The notes under the pieces: generated by a model | Database searches by the model: none | Told to the model about the DNA's origin: nothing | Seen by the model: the letters and a program-made list of their open reading frames with translations, nothing else | Source: a virus | Lineage: Duplodnaviria > Caudoviricetes | Virus record (IMG/VR): IMGVR_UViG_3300046678_000067 | Coordinates: 32,001-96,000 of that record | Length of the DNA stretch: 64,000 nt | Reading direction: 5' to 3' (one strand) | In this document: positions 20,020 to 28,293 of the stretch, piece by piece | How the letters are laid out: the number at the start of each line of letters is the position of its first letter | How positions within the stretch are numbered: position 1 is the first letter of the stretch | Program-made: the position numbers and the translations under genes

Positions 20020-20271
20020 TCATAGAGCCTTCGCAGCCTCCGCCTCTAGGCGTAGACGTTCGTATTCCAGCGCATCCCGTAGGGCAGCTGCGTAGATGGT
20101 TAGACGGCTCTTTGTCGGCATACCTTCTAGCATCGCCTCTTTGATCATGGGGATAGCTAGTTCAGGATGGTTATGAACTTTCCTAGACGTTTTCTGATCG
20201 AAGTAGACGAAGAAGAATTCAACCACGCTCTGTCTGAGGTAGTTCATTGCATTACGGGTTTCGCGTTTCAT
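20020..20271 (-). CDS. Hypothetical protein
   Basis: 83-aa ORF. Confidence 0.55.
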   Translation of the reverse strand: MKRETRNAMNYLRQSVVEFFFVYFDQKTSRKVHNHPELAIPMIKEAMLEGMPTKSRLTIYAAALRDALEYERLRLEAEAAKAL

Positions 20272-20311
20272 GATTTTTCCGAAGTTTCATATGTAAAATA
20301 ATTTAGCGGAC

Positions 20312-20340
20312 TAGACTTATATGCGTTTACCCCGTATAAT
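20312..20340 (+). promoter_or_regulatory. sigma70-type promoter with no downstream CDS
   Basis: TAGACT-N17-TATAAT. Confidence 0.7.
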
Positions 20341-20346
20341 CGACCG

Positions 20347-20735
20347 TCTAAATTAGTAGACTTGCGTGGTCGGTATGCAGACGGCAGCGCGCAGGTTCGT
20401 TTTACGGCTTACTGTGTTTCGAGCGAAGCCATACCCGCAATCTAGGACTCTTTTTGTCCGGTGTGACCCTGGGTGCTCGACTGTTATGATATTATGACAG
20501 CGCAAGAGGGTGTGACTACTAAGGGAAAATATCTTAACCCTTGGCTGTGGTTGGCTCCGTATATGAGTTAGCTATAGATAGTGGTTCTGTGCCTTACGGG
20601 GCATGGGCCATCTTATCTGTAATTTCACCGGGCTGAGGGTATAGAGGAATTTAATAGAATACTCATACATATTAGCTTGAATCCCTATTTGTAGTTGTAT
20701 CATAGAACCCCGAACTAACCATTCGGGGTTTCATA
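20347..20735 (+). ncRNA. Candidate ~390-nt structured non-coding RNA
   Basis: Promoter, many G-U-rich helices, terminal hairpin 20706-20730, no convincing ORF. Confidence 0.55.
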
Positions 20736-20744
20736 TTTTATAGC

Positions 20745-20773
20745 TTTACTTTTTACATAGTATGCGATATAAT
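20745..20773 (+). promoter_or_regulatory. sigma70-type early promoter
   Basis: TTTACT-N17-TATAAT. Confidence 0.75.
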
Positions 20774-20804
20774 ACGGTTTTCCCTAATAAACGAAGGATT
20801 TGAA

Positions 20805-21728
20805 ATGGATTTTGTACGTCGCTATAACGGTTTCGATATTCGCATCAAGCTTCAAGACAACGTTGCTTACTTCAATATTCTGGATGTAGCCTACGCAGCT
20901 GAATTCTCACGAGCAAGTTCGCTTCGCTATCATACAAAAGGCAAGCGCCGTGAAACGGTAATCGACGGTGCAATCTACCTGACCGTCAAGTCGATGAATA
21001 AGGTTGCCAAGGACGCGATCAAGACTCCTGGTATGAAGCTGTTTGCCGATTGGGCCAAAACGACGCAAGTTGATTTGATCTTCGAAGCGAACAAGCCTAA
21101 GTCAGTTGCTGCTCCAGGATTCCAACTTTGCGTACAAGACTATACTTCTCAAAAGGGATTCCAGAGCAAGACTTCTAAGAAGAAAGTCAAGCTTGGTGTT
21201 GTGACTACGCCTGATATTGTTAAGGCAGCCATCGTTACTGAGAAGTTGTATGGTATCAAGGAAGCGGCAATTCAACTGGGTATGACTGCTCAGCAACTAT
21301 CGAATTGGCTTGTCTCTGAAGGCTATGCCAGCCGTTACAAGGGTAACAACGCGCTGTACTGGAACGCTTGGTTTAAGACCCAAGGTTACGGCAAGCGCCC
21401 GGTCATTACTGATCATAAGGGTCAACGCGAATCTAACGTGGCCAAGTTCACTGCTAAGGGCCTGGAGTTCGTTAAGGCTCGACTGGATTCTCAACGTGAA
21501 TCGAATGTGCTTTCGTTCGCGTCTAAAGAATCTAACGAACGCGTTAAGTTGGAGTCTGAGATCGACGCTCTGATCAAGAATACTTTCAAGGGCGTCAAGA
21601 CTCAAAAGGAATACAGTGCATTGCTAGGTATCTTCGATGCGGAATACTTCATGAAAGAAGCAGTTCTGATCAAGGGTGTCAAGGCAATCCTGGCCGAAGT
21701 TAAACTGAAGGAAAAGGCGAATGTCTGA
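20805..21728 (+). CDS. Bro-N / antirepressor KilAC(ANT)-like DNA-binding protein
   Basis: YFNILDVAYA N-term; YGIKEAAIQLGMTAQQLSNWLVSEGY..KFTAKGLEFV. Confidence 0.7.
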   Translation: MDFVRRYNGFDIRIKLQDNVAYFNILDVAYAAEFSRASSLRYHTKGKRRETVIDGAIYLTVKSMNKVAKDAIKTPGMKLFADWAKTTQVDLIFEANKPKSVAAPGFQLCVQDYTSQKGFQSKTSKKKVKLGVVTTPDIVKAAIVTEKLYGIKEAAIQLGMTAQQLSNWLVSEGYASRYKGNNALYWNAWFKTQGYGKRPVITDHKGQRESNVAKFTAKGLEFVKARLDSQRESNVLSFASKESNERVKLESEIDALIKNTFKGVKTQKEYSALLGIFDAEYFMKEAVLIKGVKAILAEVKLKEKANV

Positions 21729-22164
21729 TTTCAAGGAAATGTCGTATGAAGAAATTGAAGGTGAGGTTGATAAGCTACTTACTATCAATCCTGATGACCT
21801 CGATGGAGAAGCCCTGCGAGGACCCAAAATTTTTACCTCGCTCAACCGTATCTATATCCAGAAGTCCCGACGACTCTCTGAATTGCTCACCGGTCTCCAC
21901 AAGCTTGAGCATAAAAAGAACAGATACTACGGCGGTAAAGACACAGCTGAGTCCTACCGCAAAGAGCCTCTGACCGAAGCGATTCTCAAGACTGATATTC
22001 CTAGCTATATGAATATCGACCCGCTGGTTGTTGAAATGCGGGAGCTTGTGAAGGAAGCCGAACGGATCGTCAAGTTTCTTGAAGACGCTAAGGGTCAGTT
22101 GCGCCAGCGCGGGTTCGACATCAAGAACGCGCTGGAATTCCGTAAAATGATGTTGGGTCTATGA
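21721..22164 (+). CDS. uvsY: Recombination mediator UvsY
   Basis: RYYGGK, ILKTDIPSYMNID, QRGFDIKNALEFRK. Confidence 0.88.
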   Translation: MSDFKEMSYEEIEGEVDKLLTINPDDLDGEALRGPKIFTSLNRIYIQKSRRLSELLTGLHKLEHKKNRYYGGKDTAESYRKEPLTEAILKTDIPSYMNIDPLVVEMRELVKEAERIVKFLEDAKGQLRQRGFDIKNALEFRKMMLGL

Positions 22165-22355
22165 CACCAGTCACAGCGGCTATGGTTGCCAAGTTGAGAC
22201 AAGAGACTAGCGAAACAATGATGGATTGTAAGAAGTATCTTGTCCAATTCGAAGGCGACTTTGATGCCGCCTTGAAGTATATTCAAACAACGCCTTATCA
22301 TATGCGTCGTAGTGCAAGACTAGACGGTAAGCGTTGCCCTTGTTGCGGGAAATAG
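22161..22355 (+). CDS. Stand-alone EF-Ts N-terminal (UBA-like) domain protein
   Basis: VTAAMVAKLRQETSETMMDCKKYLVQFEGDFDAALKYI resembles EF-Ts [24 protein letters not shown]..GDIE.A. Confidence 0.75.
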   Translation: MTPVTAAMVAKLRQETSETMMDCKKYLVQFEGDFDAALKYIQTTPYHMRRSARLDGKRCPCCGK

Positions 22356-22362
22356 GAGATTA

Positions 22363-22905
22363 ATGAAGTATAGCGTCATTCCGGGTTCCGGTGATGCAGA
22401 GTTGATCGTAGTGCGTGGACTTCCCGGTTCTGGAAAGTCCTCATTCGCCAAGACTCTGACGGATACCCTTGTTATTGAATCAGACATGTGGTGGTATCGT
22501 AATCCTCAACTAGAATATCAATTCGATTTCGACCTTCTGAGCCGCGCTCATCGCTGGGCTTTGCAGTCGGCAGAAGCGTTCTTGGCTGACGGTCGATGCG
22601 TTGCAGTAGCAAATACAAACCTGACTTTCCGTGAAGCTAAAGGCTATGTTGCTTTTGCCAAGGCTATCGGTTGCCCTATTTCCGTCTATACGATGGATAA
22701 GGGAGTCAACTATGGAAGCATCCACGGCGTACCGAAAGAAGTGATGGTACGGATGCACAATAAGATGGAATCACACGAAGTATTCATGGAGAAAGCAATT
22801 GCTTATCAACCCGACGGAACTGAAGGAATTTGTCGAGACAAACCCCAAGCTGGTCTCTCGGAAGGAGTCCAAGCGGCATCCGGGTCTGTTCGTACTGAAG
22901 TATAA
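22363..22905 (+). CDS. P-loop kinase (AAA_33 / polynucleotide kinase-like)
   Basis: RGLPGSGKS, VANTN, SIHGVP. Confidence 0.8.
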   Translation: MKYSVIPGSGDAELIVVRGLPGSGKSSFAKTLTDTLVIESDMWWYRNPQLEYQFDFDLLSRAHRWALQSAEAFLADGRCVAVANTNLTFREAKGYVAFAKAIGCPISVYTMDKGVNYGSIHGVPKEVMVRMHNKMESHEVFMEKAIAYQPDGTEGICRDKPQAGLSEGVQAASGSVRTEV

Positions 22906-23722
22906 GAACAACGTATTCTATGATAACCTTTGGCACCTCAGCCCGTTTCTGAATAAGTGCCGAGGATTGGTTGTAGATAAAGACTACAACGTTATCATCA
23001 AACCGTTTACAAAGGTATTCAATCATCATGAGAATGGGACGGACATTGATCGGGACGAGCTTTGCACTGTTGTCCGCAAGGTCAATGGCTTCATGGGCGT
23101 CGCAACTTATGCTCCGAGTTTTTCTGATGACATCATTTACTCTACTACTGGCAGTCTTGACAGTGACTATGTCGATTTGGTTAAGAAGCATGTAGCTCAG
23201 TATGAGGATCGGATTAAGTCTTGCGGTCCATGCACCTTCATCTTTGAGATTTGCGACGAAACCGATCCGCATATCATCAAGGAAGAATTCGGAGCTTGGT
23301 TGATCGGCGGTTCAGTATATCACAACGATCAATCTTATCCGGTGTTGGAGAGCGTACTAGATCATTTGGCATATCACTGGGAATGTAAGCGCCCTGAGCA
23401 TCACCCTTGTCTGAGATTCTCAGAAGTGGTAAAGATGGCCAAGGAATGTAAACACGAAGGTTATATGGTCTATGGTAGGTTTTCAGGCACGTCTCTGAAG
23501 ATCAAATCGCCATATTACCTGGTAACTAAATTCCTTGCTCGTGCAGGAGAAAAGAAATTGCTTGAAGGTGTCCTCTCGGAGAACCGTTATCAGGCAATGC
23601 AGAAATTTGATGAAGAGTTCTATCCGTTGCTAGGGTTTCTGTTTGCCCACAAGGAAGAATTCTTGACCCTAGATGAACAAGCCCGAATCAATATCATTCG
23701 AGGCTATTTGGAGGATAAATGA
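22799..23722 (+). CDS. RNA ligase (Rnl1-like)
   Basis: CRGLVV, PFTKVFN, KVNG (motif I), FIFEI, EGYMV, LKIKSPYY. Confidence 0.85.
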   Translation: MLINPTELKEFVETNPKLVSRKESKRHPGLFVLKYKNNVFYDNLWHLSPFLNKCRGLVVDKDYNVIIKPFTKVFNHHENGTDIDRDELCTVVRKVNGFMGVATYAPSFSDDIIYSTTGSLDSDYVDLVKKHVAQYEDRIKSCGPCTFIFEICDETDPHIIKEEFGAWLIGGSVYHNDQSYPVLESVLDHLAYHWECKRPEHHPCLRFSEVVKMAKECKHEGYMVYGRFSGTSLKIKSPYYLVTKFLARAGEKKLLEGVLSENRYQAMQKFDEEFYPLLGFLFAHKEEFLTLDEQARINIIRGYLEDK

Positions 23723-24264
23723 ATTTGTATGACACTTTCTTTACCAGCGATACGCATTATTACCATAAGCGTATTCAAGAGTTTTGCCCTGATACGCGGG
23801 CTGGTAAGGATGCAGAAGAAATGACTGAGATCATGATCGACAACTGGAATAAGGTTGTTAAGCCTCATGATCGGGTTTACCACTTGGGTGACTTTAGCTT
23901 TGGTAGTTATGCAAAGACGGCAGAGGTTCTTGGACGACTGAACGGCAACATCGAGTTGATTATGGGTAACCATGATGGTAAGACTATCCGTAGTTTGTCT
24001 GGATACTTTGCTTCTATGAAGGACTACGACCATATCAAAATTGGGGATCAATACCTAGTATTGTGTCACTTCCCTATTGAGAATTGGCGTGAGATGAAAC
24101 ACGGTACAATCCATCTTCACGGACACTTGCACGGCGATAGTCACCATGGTGATCGAAAGATTCAAGGTCGCATCGACGTTGGTGTTGATACCCGTAAGGA
24201 TCGACTCATGACACCATACCACTATGACGAAGTTTTGGAGATTGTGAAGAATGGCGGCCATTAA
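23719..24264 (+). CDS. Calcineurin-like metallophosphoesterase
   Basis: SDTH, HLGDF, GNHD, HGHLH. Confidence 0.9.
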   Translation: MNLYDTFFTSDTHYYHKRIQEFCPDTRAGKDAEEMTEIMIDNWNKVVKPHDRVYHLGDFSFGSYAKTAEVLGRLNGNIELIMGNHDGKTIRSLSGYFASMKDYDHIKIGDQYLVLCHFPIENWREMKHGTIHLHGHLHGDSHHGDRKIQGRIDVGVDTRKDRLMTPYHYDEVLEIVKNGGH

Positions 24265-24565
24265 GAAAGTCAAAGTTCCGTTTGATAAAGACGGCAATAT
24301 GTTACATAAAGATCGCGGTAATGCAGCACAATATTCAGAAGTGGATGCCCCATTCAGAGAACATATGACTTTCAAGTCTATCCAGCGTTGGTCGTCTAAC
24401 GTTGTGATATTTGAGAATGGAGTAGGTAATACTTTCTATATGAGCCAAGGTGAATTCGAGAACAATATCAAGTATATGGTTCGCGGGGTTCTGGAAGGTA
24501 GGTTTTACTTCCATAAGCAAGGCCAGTATTTTAGTTTGAAGTATATCCCAGATGCCGTCATTTGA
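24251..24565 (+). CDS. Hypothetical protein
   Basis: 104-aa ORF in packed operon. Confidence 0.65.
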   Translation: MAAIKKVKVPFDKDGNMLHKDRGNAAQYSEVDAPFREHMTFKSIQRWSSNVVIFENGVGNTFYMSQGEFENNIKYMVRGVLEGRFYFHKQGQYFSLKYIPDAVI

Positions 24566-25310
24566 TCTGGTAAAGGCTAGAAAGAATAGCGCTGATAAGC
24601 AGTTTCGGCAGCGCTTTCTAGAGGAATACGATTGCTACAATATTGACTCTCCTACAGGACGCTTATATGTTACGCCAGACGGTAGCCGTTTTCCATCGGT
24701 TACTACCTTTCTCGGTTCTCTTGAGAAGGATGATGGCTGGTTTGAAAGGTGGGCTGAGAAGCTAGGAGGTATTGATAAGGCTAATGCTGAATCTGAGCGA
24801 TGCGCTACGCGCGGAACCGGGGTTCACTTGGCCTTAGAATATCTTCTCAAGAACAACCCAAAGCCTGAAGAGGCAGGTGATTATCAATTCATGTATCGTC
24901 AGATTGAACGTGTAATGCGTATTCACGTCGATGATATCTATGGGTTGGAACTGCCGATGTGGTCTAAGAAGATGGGTCTTGCAGGTCGGGTAGACTGCAT
25001 TGCCAAATACAAAGGCGAGTTGGCCATCATCGACTTTAAGACTGCGACGAAAGAGAAGCTGGCTAAGTTTATTACCAACTACTTCCTTCAAGCTACATGC
25101 TATTCGATTATGCTTGAGGAGCTATACGGTTTGAAAGCCGAGAAGCTAGTCATCATTATCTCTGTTGAGCAAGCGGCTGAAGCTCAAGTCTTTGTTAGGG
25201 ATCGCCGCGACTATATGGTTTTGCTTGCTGAGAAGATCAAGGAATTCCGTGTGATCCAGTCAGAGAAAGAAGCTAAGAAATCAGATGATCTTTTCGCTAT
25301 GTTCGCATAG
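24552..25310 (+). CDS. PD-(D/E)XK exonuclease
   Basis: FPSVTTFL, RGTGVH, AGRVDC, IIDFKT, YFLQATCY. Confidence 0.88.
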   Translation: MPSFDLVKARKNSADKQFRQRFLEEYDCYNIDSPTGRLYVTPDGSRFPSVTTFLGSLEKDDGWFERWAEKLGGIDKANAESERCATRGTGVHLALEYLLKNNPKPEEAGDYQFMYRQIERVMRIHVDDIYGLELPMWSKKMGLAGRVDCIAKYKGELAIIDFKTATKEKLAKFITNYFLQATCYSIMLEELYGLKAEKLVIIISVEQAAEAQVFVRDRRDYMVLLAEKIKEFRVIQSEKEAKKSDDLFAMFA

Positions 25311-25353
25311 TTAGGGTATAATCTCTTTATCGAAACTTACATAGTTAAATGAT

Positions 25354-25836
25354 ATGCCGATAGTTAAAACTGTAAAGGGCGATTTGCTGAAGATGTTCAA
25401 GGATGGAGAATTCGATGCCATCGCCCACGGCTGTAACTGTTTCCATACGATGGGATCGGGAATTGCTGGACAGATCTCAAAGCAATTCCCTATCGCTCTG
25501 GAAGCGGATAAGAAACAGACGTTGATGGGTAACGTCAAGAAGTTGGGTGACTACACCCGCGCATATACGAATCACGGATGGATCATCAATGCGTATACGC
25601 AATATCATCCGGGTTATTCGACAGAAGATGTTCTATATCCGGCCATTGAAAGTGTTTTCACCCGGATAAACAAGTATGTCGCACCTATGCTCGAATTTGT
25701 ATCAGACACTGATCTTAATTTGGGAATTCCTAAAATTGGCGCGGGAATTGCTGGTGGAGATTGGAACCGTATTGAAGGAATTATTAACCGTGTTAGCCCA
25801 AGGCTATCCATAACCCTGGTGGAATGGGACCGGTAA
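25354..25836 (+). CDS. Macrodomain (ADP-ribose processing) protein
   Basis: VKGDLL, IAHGCNCFHTMGSGIA, PKIGAGIAGGDW. Confidence 0.9.
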   Translation: MPIVKTVKGDLLKMFKDGEFDAIAHGCNCFHTMGSGIAGQISKQFPIALEADKKQTLMGNVKKLGDYTRAYTNHGWIINAYTQYHPGYSTEDVLYPAIESVFTRINKYVAPMLEFVSDTDLNLGIPKIGAGIAGGDWNRIEGIINRVSPRLSITLVEWDR

Positions 25837-25853
25837 GATTCAGATGTAAATGC

Positions 25854-25882
25854 TTTACTTTCGCATACTATGCGGATATAAT
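25854..25882 (+). promoter_or_regulatory. sigma70-type promoter of the tRNA region
   Basis: TTTACT-N17-TATAAT just upstream of tRNA-Arg. Confidence 0.78.
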
Positions 25883-25900
25883 AGATGTAAGTTAAACGAT

Positions 25901-25977
25901 GCGCCGGTAGCTCAACCGGATAGAGCAGGGGATTTCTACTCCCCAGGTTGAGGGTTCGAATCCTTTCCGGCGCGCCA
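25901..25977 (+). tRNA. tRNA-Arg(TCT)
   Basis: Cloverleaf; GGGGA-TT-TCT-AC-TCCCC; CCA. Confidence 0.93.
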
Positions 25978-26031
25978 TAAAGTTGCGCAAAAGCTGAGTT
26001 AGTATGGTATAGATACATATTGACTTGGTAC

Positions 26032-26103
26032 TGTTCTGAGGTGTATTGGAGTGCACACCGCCCTTTAAAGGCGGAAGATTTGGTTCGATTCCGAACAGAA
26101 CAA
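26032..26103 (+). tRNA. tRNA with TTA anticodon (ochre-suppressor-like or Lys-derived), no encoded CCA
   Basis: TGTTCTG/CAGAACA acceptor, CCGCC-CTTTAAA-GGCGG anticodon arm, TTCGATT T-loop. Confidence 0.75.
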
Positions 26104-26119
26104 CTTAACAATAAGAGGT

Positions 26120-26569
26120 GTGATGAATGAGTTAATTTGTATTAAGGGTTTTCCGGCCTATCATTTGGAAACCGAAACCCTTAAGGTTATTTCGTATCAC
26201 AAGTCTCACGAGGGCAAATATCGCTCTCTGGAATTTAATGATCGCGGTCAGCACGGCTATACGCTGTATAACAACGGTCATAAAGAATGGTTCTCTCTTG
26301 AAAAACTCCGTGGCTCTGTTGAGCTGCACAAAATTAAAGGAATGGTTGTTCCGATGAAAGATAATGTTCTGAAAAGCGGTTACTGGATCGTTGGTTCGAT
26401 TAGCAAGAGCACCGGCGCGTTCTCGGCAGCTTCAAATCCGAAGCCGCATTCTACTGAATCTGAAGCGCGTGCTGAAGCAGGTCGTCTGGCATCGCTTGAT
26501 TCGAGCAAGAAGTTTACTTGGCTGCGAATCGGCGGTATGGCTTCGGCAGTTGGTATCGTCTACGAATGA
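26120..26569 (+). CDS. Hypothetical protein
   Basis: 149-aa ORF with GAGG RBS. Confidence 0.7.
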   Translation: MMNELICIKGFPAYHLETETLKVISYHKSHEGKYRSLEFNDRGQHGYTLYNNGHKEWFSLEKLRGSVELHKIKGMVVPMKDNVLKSGYWIVGSISKSTGAFSAASNPKPHSTESEARAEAGRLASLDSSKKFTWLRIGGMASAVGIVYE

Positions 26570-26805
26570 GTTTCAATCTTTCGAAGGATGCGGCTCCGAT
26601 ATCAAATACCTCTGTTACTGTTCCGCTAACTTTGGATGTATTGAAGTTGGTTGAGAAGACTGTAACAGATGTGTTGTCCTGCGTCTCTAATTCATTCCAC
26701 TCCAATGGAGTTCTTGCAGAAACTACTGCGGTAAAGAATCTGCATATGATCAAGGGTGAGATGGCGGCGTTGAAGAATCTGTTGGCAGCCATCGATAAGA
26801 CTTAA
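26566..26805 (+). CDS. Hypothetical protein
   Basis: ATGA overlap; starts MSFNLSK. Confidence 0.6.
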   Translation: MSFNLSKDAAPISNTSVTVPLTLDVLKLVEKTVTDVLSCVSNSFHSNGVLAETTAVKNLHMIKGEMAALKNLLAAIDKT

Positions 26806-26824
26806 TAAAAGTTCAAAGGTTAAA

Positions 26825-27217
26825 ATGAAGAAGATTTTCCTTGCGGCTCTGGTTGCTCTTTCGTTGGCTGCTTGCCACGATAATAACTATCCTCAGTATC
26901 AAACTCAGGCTCCTGCCGTTGTGGCTCCGCCCGCTGTAGTCGTGGCCCAGCAACCTAGCGGGAATGGTGGAGTTCTCACCGGAGCACTGCTAGGCGGGGC
27001 TGCTGGATTTATGGCTGGTAAGCTATCTAACCGTGGTGCCGCAGCCGCTCCTGCGCCCGTTTATCATGTTACGAACGTGACCCAGAACGTCACGAAGAAA
27101 GTATATGTGAATAAGCCCGCTGCCGCGCCGGTTGTCGCTGCTCCCGCTCCTAAGCTGTCGTTGTCGAAGCCGGTTAAGACCAGCTCATCGTTCGGCGGAT
27201 TTAATAAACGTAAGTGA
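26825..27217 (+). CDS. Lipoprotein with glycine-zipper segment
   Basis: MKKIFLAALVALSLAAC lipobox; GVLTGALLGGAAGFMAG. Confidence 0.78.
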   Translation: MKKIFLAALVALSLAACHDNNYPQYQTQAPAVVAPPAVVVAQQPSGNGGVLTGALLGGAAGFMAGKLSNRGAAAAPAPVYHVTNVTQNVTKKVYVNKPAAAPVVAAPAPKLSLSKPVKTSSSFGGFNKRK

Positions 27218-27264
27218 ATTTTAACTGGTTTAAGTACCTATACTGAAGAGAAAGAAAGGAAAAT

Positions 27265-27897
27265 ATGAAGATTACTGTAACGCGCGGTTTGGCTGAACTG
27301 AAGACCCTTGATGCTCGCATTCAAAATGCTATCAGTCAAGGAACCTATGTTGCTGTTGTTCGTGGTAACAAAGAAGTCCCGCTGAACGCTGCGGTTTCGA
27401 AGGATGAGCTGGAAAAGAATATCGGCGCGTCCTTTCAGCAAGTGGGTGACCTGATTAAGCGTCGTGATGCTATCAAGCGTGCGATTATCGTTGCGAATTC
27501 GAAAACGGAAGTTTCGATCAGCGGCGCAAAGATGACGGTTGCCGAAGCGATTGAACGTAAGAGTTCGATCCAGTACACGGAGCGATTCATCAATATGCTG
27601 CAAGCTCAGTATAACAACGCTACGGTTCAGGCTAATAACCAGAACGCGCGTGTTGAGGCTGACGTTGAGAAGCGTGTGATGGCTGCATACGGTAACGACA
27701 AAGGCAAGGTTACGGCAGAGCAACATGACCTGATTGCTAAGGCAGTCAAGGGTGAGCAAGAAGCCAAGCTTCTGGACCCGAAGAAGATTGTGGAGCAGAT
27801 CGCCACGCTTCGTCGTGAGTATGAAGATTTTGTGACGGAAGTTGATTTCGTTCTGAGCGAGTCGAATGCTCGGACTGAGATTGAACTGCCCGACTAA
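27265..27897 (+). CDS. Coiled-coil protein, DIP1984/'septicolysin'-annotated family-like
   Basis: LAELKTLDARI, MTVAEAIERK, VDFVLSESNARTEIEL pattern; family recalled, not searched. Confidence 0.65.
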   Translation: MKITVTRGLAELKTLDARIQNAISQGTYVAVVRGNKEVPLNAAVSKDELEKNIGASFQQVGDLIKRRDAIKRAIIVANSKTEVSISGAKMTVAEAIERKSSIQYTERFINMLQAQYNNATVQANNQNARVEADVEKRVMAAYGNDKGKVTAEQHDLIAKAVKGEQEAKLLDPKKIVEQIATLRREYEDFVTEVDFVLSESNARTEIELPD

Positions 27898-27914
27898 GTA
27901 GTTTTGTAGGAAAA

Positions 27915-28230
27915 CTGAACTCATGGTACGCTGAACGCTTCAAAACTTTCGGCGTCCCTTCTCGCTTGGACGTAAAACCGCGAGAGCCAAAATCTACGAT
28001 ACTTGAATTTGCGAACCTATTATCCTCGCAAGGACAATTTGCCCCATAGGGGCTCCATTGTTAAAGTTCAAAGATTAAAGCTAAAGATTCAAAGATTAAA
28101 TTTCTAAAGTTTAAGTCTCAACTTTCAAGATATTAAGTCTTAACGATTCTTTAAATCCTGGGTATGGTGTTGTGGGTGATCATTGAATTGACCCCGAGGT
28201 GTGCCCCAGGCTGGCGTGTCATGAGTTCGG
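27915..28230 (+). ncRNA. Candidate structured ncRNA with pseudoknot and short-repeat tract
   Basis: 27915-27933 pairs with 28212-28230; H-type pseudoknot 27952-27985; repeat tract 28061-28156. Confidence 0.7.
28061..28156 (+). repeat. ~13 degenerate 6-8-nt units, core (T/C)AA(A)G
   Basis: TTAAAG TTCAAAG ATTAAAG CTAAAG ATTCAAAG ATTAAAT TTCTAAAG TTTAAG TCTCAAC TTTCAAG ATATTAAG TCTTAAC .. TTAAAT. Confidence 0.85.
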
Positions 28231-28293
28231 CTGATTGAATATATTCAAACGAGTGTATTCAACAAGCTAACGTTAAACTACAAACAGGTAATT

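Noticed and set aside
24552-25310. Cas4 / CRISPR adaptation gene
   Set aside because: Ordinary PD-(D/E)XK exonuclease of T4-like phages; no Fe-S cysteine cluster or array seen.
27238-27924. 228-aa minus-strand ORF
   Set aside because: Shadow of the 27265 gene, which has the RBS and the biased codon usage.
28061-28156. CRISPR array or iteron interpretation of the repeat tract
   Set aside because: Units are 6-8 nt, degenerate and have no spacers; no cas genes in the window.
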